Positions 36,058 to 46,309 of a stretch of DNA of 64,000 nucleotides are shown here, piece by piece. The DNA is from an uncultured Spirochaetia bacterium (GTDB lineage Bacteria; Desulfobacterota_D; UBA1144; Nemesobacterales; UBA2774): contig CAZPHQ010000003.1 of NCBI GenBank assembly GCA_964586675.1, forward strand, positions 66,233 through 130,232. Reading direction: 5' to 3'. Each line of letters begins with the position of its first letter. The first letter of the stretch is position 1. Position numbers and translations under genes: made by a program. The notes beneath the pieces were generated by a model, which was not told the origin of the DNA, made no database searches, and saw nothing but the letters and a program-made list of their open reading frames with translations.

Positions 36058-37464
36058 ATGGAAGAAATATTTTCCTACCTGAACAGCATGCTGCCGAGCC
36101 CGTACTCGGACCTGGTCACGGTTGCCGCGATATTCGCGGTTTTACTTGTAGTTGCATTCATAATTTCATTCCTTTTCGAGCGGAAGCCCGGAAAGCCCGC
36201 GCAGCCCGAGCCCAGGGCTCCCGAAGCGCCGGAGCCCGAGATAAAAGCGGTTCCACCTCCAGACCTCGAAGTGTTCAAGGCCCCGCCGCACGAAGTGATA
36301 CGCGAGCCCGAGACGGTATCCGTAAAAAGGGAAGCTCCGCCCGCGCCTGGGGTAAAACGCGCCGCCGAGCCCGCTCCCTTACCGGAGCCTACACCGCTGC
36401 CCGAAGAGCGTCAGGAGACGATTGCAACGCCGGCAGAGCAAGAAATTACCCCCGAGCCTGCAGCGCCCGCGCCCGCTCCGGAACCCGAGCCCGAGCCCGA
36501 ACCCGGACCGGTTGAAGAAGTCCCGGAAACAAAAGAAGGCCTCTTCGCGCGTCTGAGAAAAGGGCTCTCGAAAACACACACCGGCTTTCTCGGAAAGCTC
36601 GGCGAGGTGATTTCGAACAGGGAAATTAACGACGACCTCTGGGACGAATTCGAGGAGACGCTGATAATGGCCGACCTCGGCATGGGGACGACGATGAAAC
36701 TTAAGGAGAGAGTGCAGTCCCGTCTAAAGAAGAAGTCGCTCTCCGACTCCGGCGCGATAACGGAAGCCCTGAAGGAAGAAATCCTCGCCATACTCAAGAG
36801 CGCCGAGGCAAAGCCGCTTTCGATTTCGGAGAAGCCCTTCGTCATAATGATCGCGGGTGTAAACGGCGTCGGAAAGACGACGACAATAGGCAAGCTCGCC
36901 AACAGGTTCAAGAAAGATAACAGGCAGGTCATGGTCGCCGCAGGGGACACTTTCAGGGCGGCCGCCACCGAGCAGCTCGAAGTGTGGTCGAAGCGCGTAG
37001 GCTCCGATTTCATAAAGGGTCATAGCGGTGCGGACCCTTCGTCCGTAGCATTCGACGCTGTCAAGGCGGCGTCGGCGCGCGGGACGGACATCCTCATAAT
37101 CGACACCGCCGGCAGGCTCCACACCAAGGGCAACCTCATGGACGAGATAAAGAAGATGAAGCGCGTCATCTCGCGCGAGATGGAAAGTGCGCCTCACGAG
37201 ACGTTCCTTGTGCTCGACGCCACCACGGGACAGAACGCCGTTCAGCAGGCCAAGATGTTCAACGATGCCCTCGGCGTAACGGGAATAGTGTTGACGAAGT
37301 TAGATGGCACCGCCAAGGGCGGCGTCATAATCGCGATAGCCGATGAGCTCAACATACCGGTAAGATTCATCGGCATAGGCGAGGCGCTCGGAGACCTGAG
37401 AGAGTTCAACGCAGACGATTTCGTGGAGGCCCTCTTTTACGAAGGAGGGGAAACCGTTCATTGA
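36058..37464 (+). CDS. ftsY: Signal recognition particle receptor FtsY.
   Basis: An acidic Pro/Glu-rich N-terminal A domain (PEPEPEPEPGP) is followed by an NG domain with GVNGVGKTTTIGKLA, DTFRAAA and TKLDGTAKGG motifs. AAGGAGG RBS. Confidence 0.9.
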   Translation: MEEIFSYLNSMLPSPYSDLVTVAAIFAVLLVVAFIISFLFERKPGKPAQPEPRAPEAPEPEIKAVPPPDLEVFKAPPHEVIREPETVSVKREAPPAPGVKRAAEPAPLPEPTPLPEERQETIATPAEQEITPEPAAPAPAPEPEPEPEPGPVEEVPETKEGLFARLRKGLSKTHTGFLGKLGEVISNREINDDLWDEFEETLIMADLGMGTTMKLKERVQSRLKKKSLSDSGAITEALKEEILAILKSAEAKPLSISEKPFVIMIAGVNGVGKTTTIGKLANRFKKDNRQVMVAAGDTFRAAATEQLEVWSKRVGSDFIKGHSGADPSSVAFDAVKAASARGTDILIIDTAGRLHTKGNLMDEIKKMKRVISREMESAPHETFLVLDATTGQNAVQQAKMFNDALGVTGIVLTKLDGTAKGGVIIAIADELNIPVRFIGIGEALGDLREFNADDFVEALFYEGGETVH

Positions 37465-37514
37465 GCCGACCTTACGGTTCCCTTTACCGTACGGATTAGT
37501 AAACTTAAGCTAAG

Positions 37515-38639
37515 ATGCCGAGGGATCAACACAGTAAGTACATGTCGATCGCCCTTAAGCTCGCCCTGAAGGCCGAGGGCATGACGAGCCCGAACCCGCT
37601 CGTCGGGGCAGTGCTCGTAAAAGGCGGGAAGATCATAGGCAAGGGCTTTCATAAAATGGCCGGTCTCCCGCACGCCGAAATAGAGGCTTTCGCGGATGCC
37701 GAAACGAACGGGCACAGATTAAAAGGGGCCACGCTATACGTCACCCTCGAGCCCTGCTGCCACGAGGGCAAAAGAACCCCCCCCTGCGTAAACGCAATAA
37801 TCGAAAAAGGCATATCGCGCGTCGTGGTCGCGGCAGGCGATCCAAACCCGAAGGTATGCGGGAACGGTTTCTCCATACTGAGAGACGAGGGCGTCGAGGT
37901 CATACCTTTTGTTCTCGAACAAAAAGCCCTTGATCTCAACGAGGCGTACAACAAATATATAACGACGGGCGTACCCTTCGTTACCTTAAAGCTCGCGGCC
38001 ACACTCGACGGGAAGATAGCGGCTTTCACCGGTGACTCTAAGTGGATAGGGAGCGAGAGGCAGAGAAAGCTCGCCCACAAGCTGAGAAGCGCATCCGACG
38101 CCGTCATTGTAGGCGTGGGAACCGTCCTCAGGGACGACCCGAAGCTGAACGCGAGGCTCTCAGGCCGTGAGATACGTCAGCCGATTCCGGTGATACTGGA
38201 CAGGACGCTTAGAACTCCGCCCGGGTCGAGCGTGTTCAAGGCCCACGGCAGCGTGATAATCGCGACCGTAAAACCGGTCAATCCCGGAAAGAAGAAACGC
38301 CTCGAAGAGGCCGGGGCCAGGGTGCTCGAAATCGGTCACGATAGACAAGGCCTTCCCGACATGAAAAAACTCCTCCGCGAGCTCGGGAGGAACGAAATAG
38401 TGAGCGTCCTCATCGAGGGCGGCAGCAAGGCCGCCGCGAGCGCGCTAAAGTCTGGACTGGTCGATAAGGTAACGTTTTTCTACGCGCCGAAGATCCTCGG
38501 GGGCGACGGCGTCAGCATGATAGACGGCCTCGGAATCAAAAGCGTAAAGAACGCTGTGCAGGTAACTGATGTTAAAATTACCAGGCTCGGAGAAGAGCTC
38601 ATGGTCGAAGGATATGTAAAAAAGCGCGGAGGGAAGTGA
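37515..38639 (+). CDS. ribD: Bifunctional riboflavin biosynthesis protein RibD (deaminase/reductase).
   Basis: The CMP/dCMP deaminase zinc motif HAE...PCxxC (LPHAEIEAF...TLEPCCHEGKTPPC) is followed by a C-terminal RibD reductase domain. Confidence 0.9.
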   Translation: MPRDQHSKYMSIALKLALKAEGMTSPNPLVGAVLVKGGKIIGKGFHKMAGLPHAEIEAFADAETNGHRLKGATLYVTLEPCCHEGKRTPPCVNAIIEKGISRVVVAAGDPNPKVCGNGFSILRDEGVEVIPFVLEQKALDLNEAYNKYITTGVPFVTLKLAATLDGKIAAFTGDSKWIGSERQRKLAHKLRSASDAVIVGVGTVLRDDPKLNARLSGREIRQPIPVILDRTLRTPPGSSVFKAHGSVIIATVKPVNPGKKKRLEEAGARVLEIGHDRQGLPDMKKLLRELGRNEIVSVLIEGGSKAAASALKSGLVDKVTFFYAPKILGGDGVSMIDGLGIKSVKNAVQVTDVKITRLGEELMVEGYVKKRGGK

Positions 38640-39334
38640 TGAACGTCCTTCCGGCCGCTGACACGGCGATAAAAGACAGGATAGGGCTTTTCGGGGGCAC
38701 GTTCGACCCGGTCCACCTGGGGCACCTGCGCGCCGCCGAGGAGATACGGGAGACCCTCGGCCTCAGCAGCGTGTGGTTCGTTCCTTCCGCAATTCCGCCG
38801 CACAAACACAAGGAAGTGACCCCTTCTATCCACAGGCTCAAAATGCTTGAAATCGCCGTCGAGCCGAACCCCTGTTTCGGGATATGCACCTATGAAATAA
38901 AGAAGAAGAAGACTTCTTATACGATCGAAACCCTCCGGCACCTTACCTCCGCCCATCCCGACGCCGAATTTTATTTTATCGTCGGCAGCGAGCTCTTTTC
39001 GCACATAGAAACCTGGAAGGACTACAGGGAGCTCTTCACCCTTTCGAGCTTCGCCGTCATTAGCCGGCCGGGCCTTAAAGACGAGGATTTCCCGCCGCTT
39101 CCGCTTGCCCTTAAAGAGGATTTTAGTTATCATAATAGTGAACACAACGTGATATCGTACATTAACAGGTATTCGAAAATCATTGCCCTCACCCGGTTCA
39201 CGGGGCTCGAAATTTCTTCCACGGAAATAAGGACTTATATAAGCGAAGCGGCGTCCGTAAGGTATCTCGTGCCCGACGGCGTCGCCGAGTATATATCGGC
39301 TCACAAACTCTACGATACGGAGGCTGCCCTATAA
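38636..39334 (+). CDS. nadD: Nicotinate-nucleotide adenylyltransferase.
   Basis: The LFGGTFDPVHLGHL (H/T)xGH motif is present. The ATGA start overlaps the ribD stop. Confidence 0.9.
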   Translation: MMNVLPAADTAIKDRIGLFGGTFDPVHLGHLRAAEEIRETLGLSSVWFVPSAIPPHKHKEVTPSIHRLKMLEIAVEPNPCFGICTYEIKKKKTSYTIETLRHLTSAHPDAEFYFIVGSELFSHIETWKDYRELFTLSSFAVISRPGLKDEDFPPLPLALKEDFSYHNSEHNVISYINRYSKIIALTRFTGLEISSTEIRTYISEAASVRYLVPDGVAEYISAHKLYDTEAAL

Positions 39335-39396
39335 ATTCCAAGAAGAAAGCGATAGCGCTTGCCCACGCCGCATGGGAGAAGAATTCCGAAAATCCC

Positions 39397-39729
39397 GTGC
39401 TCATGGATGTCAGAACCAGAAGCGACGTAACCGACTACTTCCTCGTGTGCAGCGCGAACTCCACGAGGGGAGTAAAAACAATAGTAGACAACATCGAAAA
39501 GAAGCTGCTTGAGCTCGACCAGAAAGTAATCGGCATAGAGGGTTACGCCGAAGGCAACTGGGTGCTCGTGGATTCGGCCGACGTCGTGGTTCACGTCTTT
39601 TACGAGCCCTACCGGAAATTCTACGACATCGAGAGCCTCTGGAGCGACGCGCCGAGGGTGAAGCTCTCGCTTGAGCCGGCTATTCCCGGCCGTACGGGAT
39701 CTTTCGACCACGCGCCTGCTGTTAAATAA
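39397..39729 (+). CDS. rsfS: Ribosome silencing factor RsfS (Iojap). GTG start.
   Basis: DVTDYFLVCSANSTRGVKTIVDNIE...GNWVLVDSADVVVHVF matches the Iojap family. Confidence 0.8.
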   Translation: MLMDVRTRSDVTDYFLVCSANSTRGVKTIVDNIEKKLLELDQKVIGIEGYAEGNWVLVDSADVVVHVFYEPYRKFYDIESLWSDAPRVKLSLEPAIPGRTGSFDHAPAVK

Positions 39730-39873
39730 ATGTGCCGTAGAATACACGTACCGGTTTTATTTGATTTAGTCTGAGATAATCCGGGATTTGGGAGCTGCCC
39801 CGGCATGCACAGCTCCGCCACACTTTATTTCCGCCCTGAATGAGCTTAAAGGGAAAGTACTGCCCGGCCCCTC

Positions 39874-40953
39874 TTACTGGCCTTCCTTGATTCCACGCCT
39901 TCTGATGAAAGCAGGTATCTCGAACTCGTCTTCGCCGATGTCAGTCGGTATCTTGGTGACGATCTGGCCGAACCTCGGTGCCGCTTTCGCAGCGCTCTGG
40001 ATACCGGTGGCGATGACGGTCAGCTGGACGGATTCCTTGAAATCGTGGTTTATAACGAGGCCGAATATGAGGTTCACATCCTCGCCGGCCCTGTCCTTTA
40101 TGTAGTTGCAGGCCTCGTTGAGCTCTTCGATTCCGAAGTCGGGAGAGGCGGTTACGTTGAGAAGTATGCCCGTCGCCCCGTCTATCGAGATGTCTTCGAG
40201 AAGCGGGCTCGTTATGGCCGCCTCGGCCGCCTCTATGGCCCTGTTGGTGCCCTCGGCGAAGCCGGTACCCATGAGAGCCTTTCCGCCGTTCTCGCCCATG
40301 ATGCTCTTCACGTCCGCAAAGTCGACGTTAATGTAGCCCGTGCCGGTTATTATGTCCGAAATGCCGCGGACTGCCTGGTGGAGCACCTCGTCGGCGCGCG
40401 TGAAGGCGTCGAGAATCGATATCTTGTGTACTTCGGTGAGCCTGTCGTTCGGTATGACTATGAGGGTGTCTACTTCCTTTTCGAGGTTCGCTATGCCTTC
40501 GAGGGCCTGCCTGTTTCTCTTCGGGCCTTCGAATCCGAAGGGCTTGGTTACGACGCCTACCGTTAGCGCGCCGACGTCTTTGGAAGCCTGCGCGATTATA
40601 GGGGACGCCCCGGTGCCGGTGCCGCCGCCCATGCCGGCGGTTATGAAAACCATGTCAGCGCCGTCTAGAGCTTCGGCTATTTTAATCTGGTCTTCGAGGG
40701 CTGCTTCGCGCCCGAGGTTGGGGTTGCCGCCCGAGCCCAGTCCCTTGGTCGTTCTGTTGCCTATCTGAATTTTGGTGTGTGCGAGGGATTTTCTTAAGTC
40801 CTGAGAGTCTGTGTTGGCTACTATGAATTCGACGCCCTGAAGGCCTCTTTCTATCATGGCGTTTACCGCGTTACCGCCGGCGCCGCCGGCGCCTATCACT
40901 TTTATTCTTGCTTTTTGTTCTAAGCCTGTATCTTCAAGCTCGAAATTTGCCAT
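39874..40953 (-). CDS. ftsZ: Cell division GTPase FtsZ.
   Basis: IKVIGAGGAGGNAVN and the tubulin signature GGGTGTG are present. Confidence 0.95.
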   Translation of the reverse strand: MANFELEDTGLEQKARIKVIGAGGAGGNAVNAMIERGLQGVEFIVANTDSQDLRKSLAHTKIQIGNRTTKGLGSGGNPNLGREAALEDQIKIAEALDGADMVFITAGMGGGTGTGASPIIAQASKDVGALTVGVVTKPFGFEGPKRNRQALEGIANLEKEVDTLIVIPNDRLTEVHKISILDAFTRADEVLHQAVRGISDIITGTGYINVDFADVKSIMGENGGKALMGTGFAEGTNRAIEAAEAAITSPLLEDISIDGATGILLNVTASPDFGIEELNEACNYIKDRAGEDVNLIFGLVINHDFKESVQLTVIATGIQSAAKAAPRFGQIVTKIPTDIGEDEFEIPAFIRRRGIKEGQ

Positions 40954-40993
40954 TTATGGGAACCCTCCTCGTGCTGCGTTAAACCATTTTAAC

Positions 40994-42241
40994 CTAAAAA
41001 AACTCCTGAAACCAGTTTTTCATACTATCAAATATTTTTTTGAAAACATTCTCGTCCCTTATGCGAAGCTTCTTGTCTCCCTTGTAGTCGACACCGTAGA
41101 GAACGAGCCCGACGCCCGTCGAATAAACGGGGTTGGCGATGATGTCGGTGAGCCCGCCTACGTCGGTCGGAATGCCCATCCTGACAGGCATTTCGAGTAT
41201 CATCTCGGCAAGCTCGACTGTGCCGTTCATGATGACGCTCCCGCCCGTGATAACCGCACCGGCCGGCGTCATATCTTCAAGGCCCGATTTTTTAATCTCT
41301 CTTTTTACGAGCGAGAAGATCTCTTCCATCCTCGGCTCTATAACCATCGCGAGGTCCTTCCGCGAAATCTTCCTGAAGTGCTTTCCGCCGACGCTCGGCA
41401 CCTCTATCATTTCGTCGGGAGAAACCATGTCGGAAATCGCTGTTCCGTACTTCTCCTTTATCCTTCTGGCTTCGGCCAGCGGCGTCGAAAGGCCGAGTGC
41501 GATGTCCCTGTCTATGTTGTCGCCGCCCAAGGTCACGTTCTCCGTATACCTTATGCTGCCGCCGATAAATATCGCGATATCTGTCGTTCCGCCCCCGCAG
41601 TCGATGAGCACAACCCCTATCTCCTTTTCGTCCTCCGTGAGGACGGCCTCGCTCGACGCGAGCTGCTCCAATACGACGTCGGCGACGTCCATCCCCGCGC
41701 CGTGTATGCATTTTACGAGATTCTGGGCCGCCGTTACCTGCCCGGTCACTATGTGGACCCTGGTCTCGAGCTTTATGCCGTAAATGCCTATGGGGTCTTT
41801 AATGCCGCTCTGTCCGTCTATGATGTATTCCTGGGGAATTACATGAATTATTTCCCTGTCGGCCGGTATAAGGACGGCGTTTGCCGACTCTATAACCCTG
41901 TCGATATCCCTTTTCGCTACCTCGCGGTCGCGTATCGTTATCATCCCGTGGCCGCTTATGCCCTTTATGTGTCCCCCGGCTATGCCCACGAAGACGGTCC
42001 TTATCTCGCAGCCGGCCATGTGCTCGGCTTCTTCGACCGCATGCTTAACCGACTGTATGGTGTTGTCGATGTTTACGACGACGCCTCGTTTGAGGCCGTA
42101 GGAGGGATACGTGCCGACGCCTATTACTTCGACCTCTCCCGTCTTGGGATTGGCCTCGCCTACTATTGCGCAGATCTTGGTGGTCCCGATGTCGAGACCG
42201 ACTACAGTTTCTCTATCCTTACCCATCCTGTGCTCCAGCAC
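40994..42241 (-). CDS. ftsA: Cell division protein FtsA.
   Basis: Actin-fold motifs VVGLDIGTTKICAIV and DCGGGTTDIAIF. 415 aa. Confidence 0.9.
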   Translation of the reverse strand: MLEHRMGKDRETVVGLDIGTTKICAIVGEANPKTGEVEVIGVGTYPSYGLKRGVVVNIDNTIQSVKHAVEEAEHMAGCEIRTVFVGIAGGHIKGISGHGMITIRDREVAKRDIDRVIESANAVLIPADREIIHVIPQEYIIDGQSGIKDPIGIYGIKLETRVHIVTGQVTAAQNLVKCIHGAGMDVADVVLEQLASSEAVLTEDEKEIGVVLIDCGGGTTDIAIFIGGSIRYTENVTLGGDNIDRDIALGLSTPLAEARRIKEKYGTAISDMVSPDEMIEVPSVGGKHFRKISRKDLAMVIEPRMEEIFSLVKREIKKSGLEDMTPAGAVITGGSVIMNGTVELAEMILEMPVRMGIPTDVGGLTDIIANPVYSTGVGLVLYGVDYKGDKKLRIRDENVFKKIFDSMKNWFQEFF

Positions 42242-42974
42242 TCTTTACCGGCTGTCTGAAATTCACGACCCCTTTCGAGTCAGAGCTCACGTTGATATAC
42301 GACTCCGTCAGGCCGAGGGTGTCCGAATACCTGAGTATTCTCTCCACCTTGTCCCACTTCTCGGCTATTCCGTTTCTATCGAATTCAATTCTCAGCTTGT
42401 CGTTCGTGAATACGTTTATTCCGTAAAGGGAATCGACGTGGACCTCCGATATATCCTTCCATTTCAGCGTGCTGCTATTCTTGGATAATTCCAGGATATC
42501 GAGGGCCTCGTTCAGTAGTTCCGGGTCCTTTATACCTTCGCCGATAAGGACCGGAAAATCAAGACCGACGTCGAAATTTCCGGTGTCGAGCATCTGGCCC
42601 TCGCGGCTCATGTAGAGGGGCTTGCCCTCCTCTCCGAGCACTATGCAGAAGACCTCCGCTTCCTCGACGTTGATGTGAACTTTTTTAGGGAATTCCTTTA
42701 CGACCTCGGCTTTACTTATCCAGCGGTTTTTCTTTATGTCTTCCTCGACCTCGTTCTCGAAGAAGAATATGCTGCTTATGCCCTCCCTTATGCCGGAGCG
42801 CTTTTTTATCTCCTTCGCGTCGATGCGGTTATTGCCTGTGACGATTATCTCTTCGACGGTGAACGTGCCGAGGTAGAGCGTCGCGTAGCAGGCTGCCGCA
42901 ATCGCAGCCAGAACCACGACTATGGAGACCGCGATTATAATCTTTTTCCAGGCAAACCCGCTGTTCTCTTCCAA
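42219..42974 (-). CDS. ftsQ: Cell division protein FtsQ (POTRA domain).
   Basis: An N-terminal TM helix is followed by a POTRA-like segment. The position between murB and ftsA fits FtsQ. Confidence 0.7.
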   Translation of the reverse strand: MEENSGFAWKKIIIAVSIVVVLAAIAAACYATLYLGTFTVEEIIVTGNNRIDAKEIKKRSGIREGISSIFFFENEVEEDIKKNRWISKAEVVKEFPKKVHINVEEAEVFCIVLGEEGKPLYMSREGQMLDTGNFDVGLDFPVLIGEGIKDPELLNEALDILELSKNSSTLKWKDISEVHVDSLYGINVFTNDKLRIEFDRNGIAEKWDKVERILRYSDTLGLTESYINVSSDSKGVVNFRQPVKSAGAQDG

Positions 42975-42975
42975 G

Positions 42976-43908
42976 CTATTTCTTCCCTATGATCCTGACT
43001 TCGGTTTCGAGGGTTATTCCCCTCTTTTCGCGCGCCTCTTTTTTCGCCGTTTCTATGAGCGAAAGCACGTCGCTCGCCGTCGCGCCGCCTGCGTTAACGA
43101 TGAAATTCGCGTGCATCTCTGAAAACCTCGCGCCGCCGATGCCGTATCCCTTGAGACCGAGCTCTTCGATGAGCCTTCCGGCCGCTATGTCGGGCGGGTT
43201 TTTAAATATTGACCCGGTGTTCGACATCTTGATCGGCTGCGTGCGGCTCCTCTTTTCGAGATATTCTTTAACGTTCCTTTCGATCACTGCGCTGTCGCCC
43301 GGTTTCAGGCCGAATTCGGCCCTCGTTATGACGCTTCCGGGCGGAAGGTAACTCTTCCTGTATTCGAACCTGAGCTCCTCTCTTTTAATCTCAATCTCGT
43401 GCCCGTCGAGCCAAACCCATACCCGCGTGAGACAATCCTTTATCTCCCCTCCGTTCGCCCCGGCGTTCATGAATATCCCGCCGCCGACGGTTCCCGGTAT
43501 ACCGGCCGCGAACTCGAATCCCGTAAGCCCGGCCTTTATCGTTTTATTGAGTATGGTTCCCAGGTTTGCGCCTGTTTCGGCGTGGACGGTAGCATCATCC
43601 CTTATTTCAATATTTCTGAGCTTGGTCGTGGATATGACGACGCCGTTTATACCGCCGTCGTAGACGACGGTATTCGAGCCCGCGCCGAGCACCACCCACG
43701 GTATGTCCGAGCCCGAAAGGAGGTCGAGGAGCCTCTCCAGCTCACCGAGCGTGTTCGGTGTAACGACGAGCTCCGCCGCGCCGCCGACCCTGAGCGACGT
43801 ATACCTGCTCATAGGGTACTGTTTTTCGACCTCGCACCCCATCTGCTGCGCACTCGTTTCGAATGCCCTCATCCGATTTCCTCTGCTATCCTTTCCGAGA
43901 TCATCCAT
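42976..43908 (-). CDS. murB: UDP-N-acetylenolpyruvoylglucosamine reductase.
   Basis: FAD-binding PCMH domain (TSLRVGGAAELVV). 310 aa. Confidence 0.9.
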   Translation of the reverse strand: MDDLGKDSRGNRMRAFETSAQQMGCEVEKQYPMSRYTSLRVGGAAELVVTPNTLGELERLLDLLSGSDIPWVVLGAGSNTVVYDGGINGVVISTTKLRNIEIRDDATVHAETGANLGTILNKTIKAGLTGFEFAAGIPGTVGGGIFMNAGANGGEIKDCLTRVWVWLDGHEIEIKREELRFEYRKSYLPPGSVITRAEFGLKPGDSAVIERNVKEYLEKRSRTQPIKMSNTGSIFKNPPDIAAGRLIEELGLKGYGIGGARFSEMHANFIVNAGGATASDVLSLIETAKKEAREKRGITLETEVRIIGKK

Positions 43909-45239
43909 ACGTTCCCGGCCCCCAGCGTTATTACTACGTCCCCCGGCTTCACGTTCTTAAGCACGGCGGGGACGATATCCTCGCCGCTGCCGTTGGAATA
44001 GAAAACATTTTTATGCCCTGATTCTTTTATCGATTCGAAGAGCGCCTTCGACGATACGCCCTCTATGGGCTCCTCTCCGGCGGGGTAAATGTCGAGTAAA
44101 TAAAGGACGTCCGTATTCAACAGCGCGCGCGTGAAATCGTCGAAGAGAAGGCTCGTCCGCGTATACCTGTGCGGCTGGAATATCGCGACGATTCTCCCGA
44201 GACCGGAGTCCTTTACGGCGCTCAGTGTAGCCCTTATCTCGTTCGGATGGTGGGCGTAATCGTCTAACACGATGACATCCCTGCCCTTTCCTTTTATCTG
44301 AAGACGCCTGTCTATGCCGCTGAACTCAGAGAGACCTTCCCTGACCTGCTCGAAAGTCATCCCGAGCTCCATGCCGACGGCGACGGCCGCGAGGGCGTTC
44401 TGCGCGTTGTGCATCCCGGGGACGTTGAGGCTGATGCTCCCCAGGGGCGAGCCGTCCAGAATAACGTCGAAATCCGTCCTGAAGCCGCTTATTTTCACGT
44501 TCTCGGCCCGGAGTGACGCATCCTTATTAAATCCGTATGTAACCGCTCTTTTCTCGAAGGATTCCGCTATCTTTTTTACATTCGGGCAGTCGGTGCACAA
44601 AACGGAAAGCCCGTAGAACGGCACCTTGTTCACGAAGTCCGAAAACGCCTTTTCAAGCCCCGCGAACGTTTTGTAATGGTCGAGGTGCTCTTCGTCGATA
44701 TTCGTGAGGACGGAGATCACTGGGGAAAGAAGGAGGAAGGAGCCGTCGCTCTCGTCGGCCTCGACGACCATGAAATTTCCCTTGCCTAGTCGGGCATTCG
44801 TGCCCATCGTCTTCACCTTGCCGCCGACGACTATGGTCGGGTCGAGTCCTCCGTGAGACAGCACGGCCGAAACCATCGATGTCGTCGTTGTCTTCCCATG
44901 GCTCCCGGCGACTGCTACGCCGTATCTCAGCCTCATGAGCTCGGCCAGCATCTGAGCCCTCGGTATGACGGGTATGCCGGATTTCCTCGCTTCGACGACC
45001 TCCGGATTCCGCTCGTTCACAGCCGATGACACGACGACAACGCCAGCCCCTTCCACGTTTTCGGGGCTGTGTCCTATCGAGACGGTAGCCCCGACATCCC
45101 TTAATCTTTTTACTGTGGCGGATTCCTTCATATCGGAGCCCGTGATCGTATATCCCATGTTTACGAGGACTTCGGCTATGCCGCTCATGCCTATGCCGCC
45201 GATGCCCACAAAATGTATCCTTTTAATTCTTCCGTACAC
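43869..45239 (-). CDS. murC: UDP-N-acetylmuramate--L-alanine ligase.
   Basis: IHFVGIGGIGMSGIAEVL and GSHGKTTTTSM motifs. Confidence 0.9.
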   Translation of the reverse strand: MYGRIKRIHFVGIGGIGMSGIAEVLVNMGYTITGSDMKESATVKRLRDVGATVSIGHSPENVEGAGVVVVSSAVNERNPEVVEARKSGIPVIPRAQMLAELMRLRYGVAVAGSHGKTTTTSMVSAVLSHGGLDPTIVVGGKVKTMGTNARLGKGNFMVVEADESDGSFLLLSPVISVLTNIDEEHLDHYKTFAGLEKAFSDFVNKVPFYGLSVLCTDCPNVKKIAESFEKRAVTYGFNKDASLRAENVKISGFRTDFDVILDGSPLGSISLNVPGMHNAQNALAAVAVGMELGMTFEQVREGLSEFSGIDRRLQIKGKGRDVIVLDDYAHHPNEIRATLSAVKDSGLGRIVAIFQPHRYTRTSLLFDDFTRALLNTDVLYLLDIYPAGEEPIEGVSSKALFESIKESGHKNVFYSNGSGEDIVPAVLKNVKPGDVVITLGAGNVWMISERIAEEIG

Positions 45240-46309
45240 TAATTCACTCCCGCCAGCATGTATATCCGGTCGACTATATCCGAAGCCGCTCCGGGCCTTC
45301 CGAGCGCCATCGCCGCCCGTGACATCTTATCTAGTTTGTCTATCTGAAGCACGTTGGTCAATGCCTCCCGGAGATTGCCGGGCTCGGCTCCCCCGTCGGG
45401 CATGACGACCGCAGCGCCAGCTTTTTCGAGCGCCCTGGCATTGGCCATCTGGTGATCGTCTGCGGCGAACGGGTAGGGTATCAAGAGTGACGGTTTTCCG
45501 AGGGCCGTTATCTCGGCGACCGTGCCCGCGCCGGAGCGCGCTATGACAAAATCCGCCTCGGCATAGCTCCCCGCCATGTCGTCTATGAACGGCAGGACGC
45601 GCGCGTGAATACCATAATTTTCGTATGCCTTTTTCACGAGCTCGACATCCTTCGCGCCTGTCTGGTGAATGACTGAAATATCATTTCTCCCGAGCATCGA
45701 GAGCGCTTCGGGTACTGATTCGTTTAACCTCCGGGCCCCCTGGCTCCCGCCGAATATAAGTATCGTAAGGCCGCCGGTCTTATCCCCGGCCGGCTTTCCC
45801 GAGAGAATGTCCCTTCTTACAGGGTTACCAGTCATGACCACTTTTCCCTTCGGGAAAAATCCCGCGGCGGCGTCGAATGTCGTGAAGACCTTCTTCACGA
45901 ACTTTCCGAGTATGCGGTTCGCGATCCCGGGATAGGCGTTCTGCTCGCATATAGCCGTCGGCACGCCGCGTAAAGACGCCGCCAGCACCATCGGGCCGGA
46001 TACGTAGCCGCCCACGCCCAGGACGAAGTCGGGTTTGAACGATTTTAGAATAGACATCGAATCGAATATGCCGCTTGCGGCCGCGAACGCCGCTTTTACG
46101 CTCCTTATCATTCCGCTCCCCTTCATCCCCCGCGCGGTTATGTGCTCTATCCTGTAGCCCCTTTTCGAGAGAATCTGGTTCTCGAGCCCGGTCTTGGTGC
46201 CGACGAAAAGCACTTCGTTCGAGCTGTCCCTCCCCAGGATCTCTTCGGCGACGGAAACCGCCGGGAAGATATGCCCTCCCGTACCGCCGCCGGCAATTAT
46301 GACTTTCAT
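45239..46309 (-). CDS. murG: UDP-GlcNAc:lipid-I N-acetylglucosaminyltransferase MurG. Start placed at MKVIIAGGGTGGHIFPA; the longer upstream ORF extension is rejected.
   Basis: The conserved MurG N-terminus GGGTGGHIFPA. The ATG (plus-strand cat at 46307-46309) overlaps the ftsW stop. Confidence 0.9.
   Translation of the reverse strand: MKVIIAGGGTGGHIFPAVSVAEEILGRDSSNEVLFVGTKTGLENQILSKRGYRIEHITARGMKGSGMIRSVKAAFAAASGIFDSMSILKSFKPDFVLGVGGYVSGPMVLAASLRGVPTAICEQNAYPGIANRILGKFVKKVFTTFDAAAGFFPKGKVVMTGNPVRRDILSGKPAGDKTGGLTILIFGGSQGARRLNESVPEALSMLGRNDISVIHQTGAKDVELVKKAYENYGIHARVLPFIDDMAGSYAEADFVIARSGAGTVAEITALGKPSLLIPYPFAADDHQMANARALEKAGAAVVMPDGGAEPGNLREALTNVLQIDKLDKMSRAAMALGRPGAASDIVDRIYMLAGVN

Noticed and set aside
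36411-37013. 200-aa minus-strand ORF
   Set aside because: It is antisense to ftsY. The translation is low complexity.
39730-39873. Intrinsic terminator between convergent rsfS and ftsZ
   Set aside because: A CCGGG...CCCGG hairpin exists, but no U-tract follows on either strand. The evidence is insufficient.
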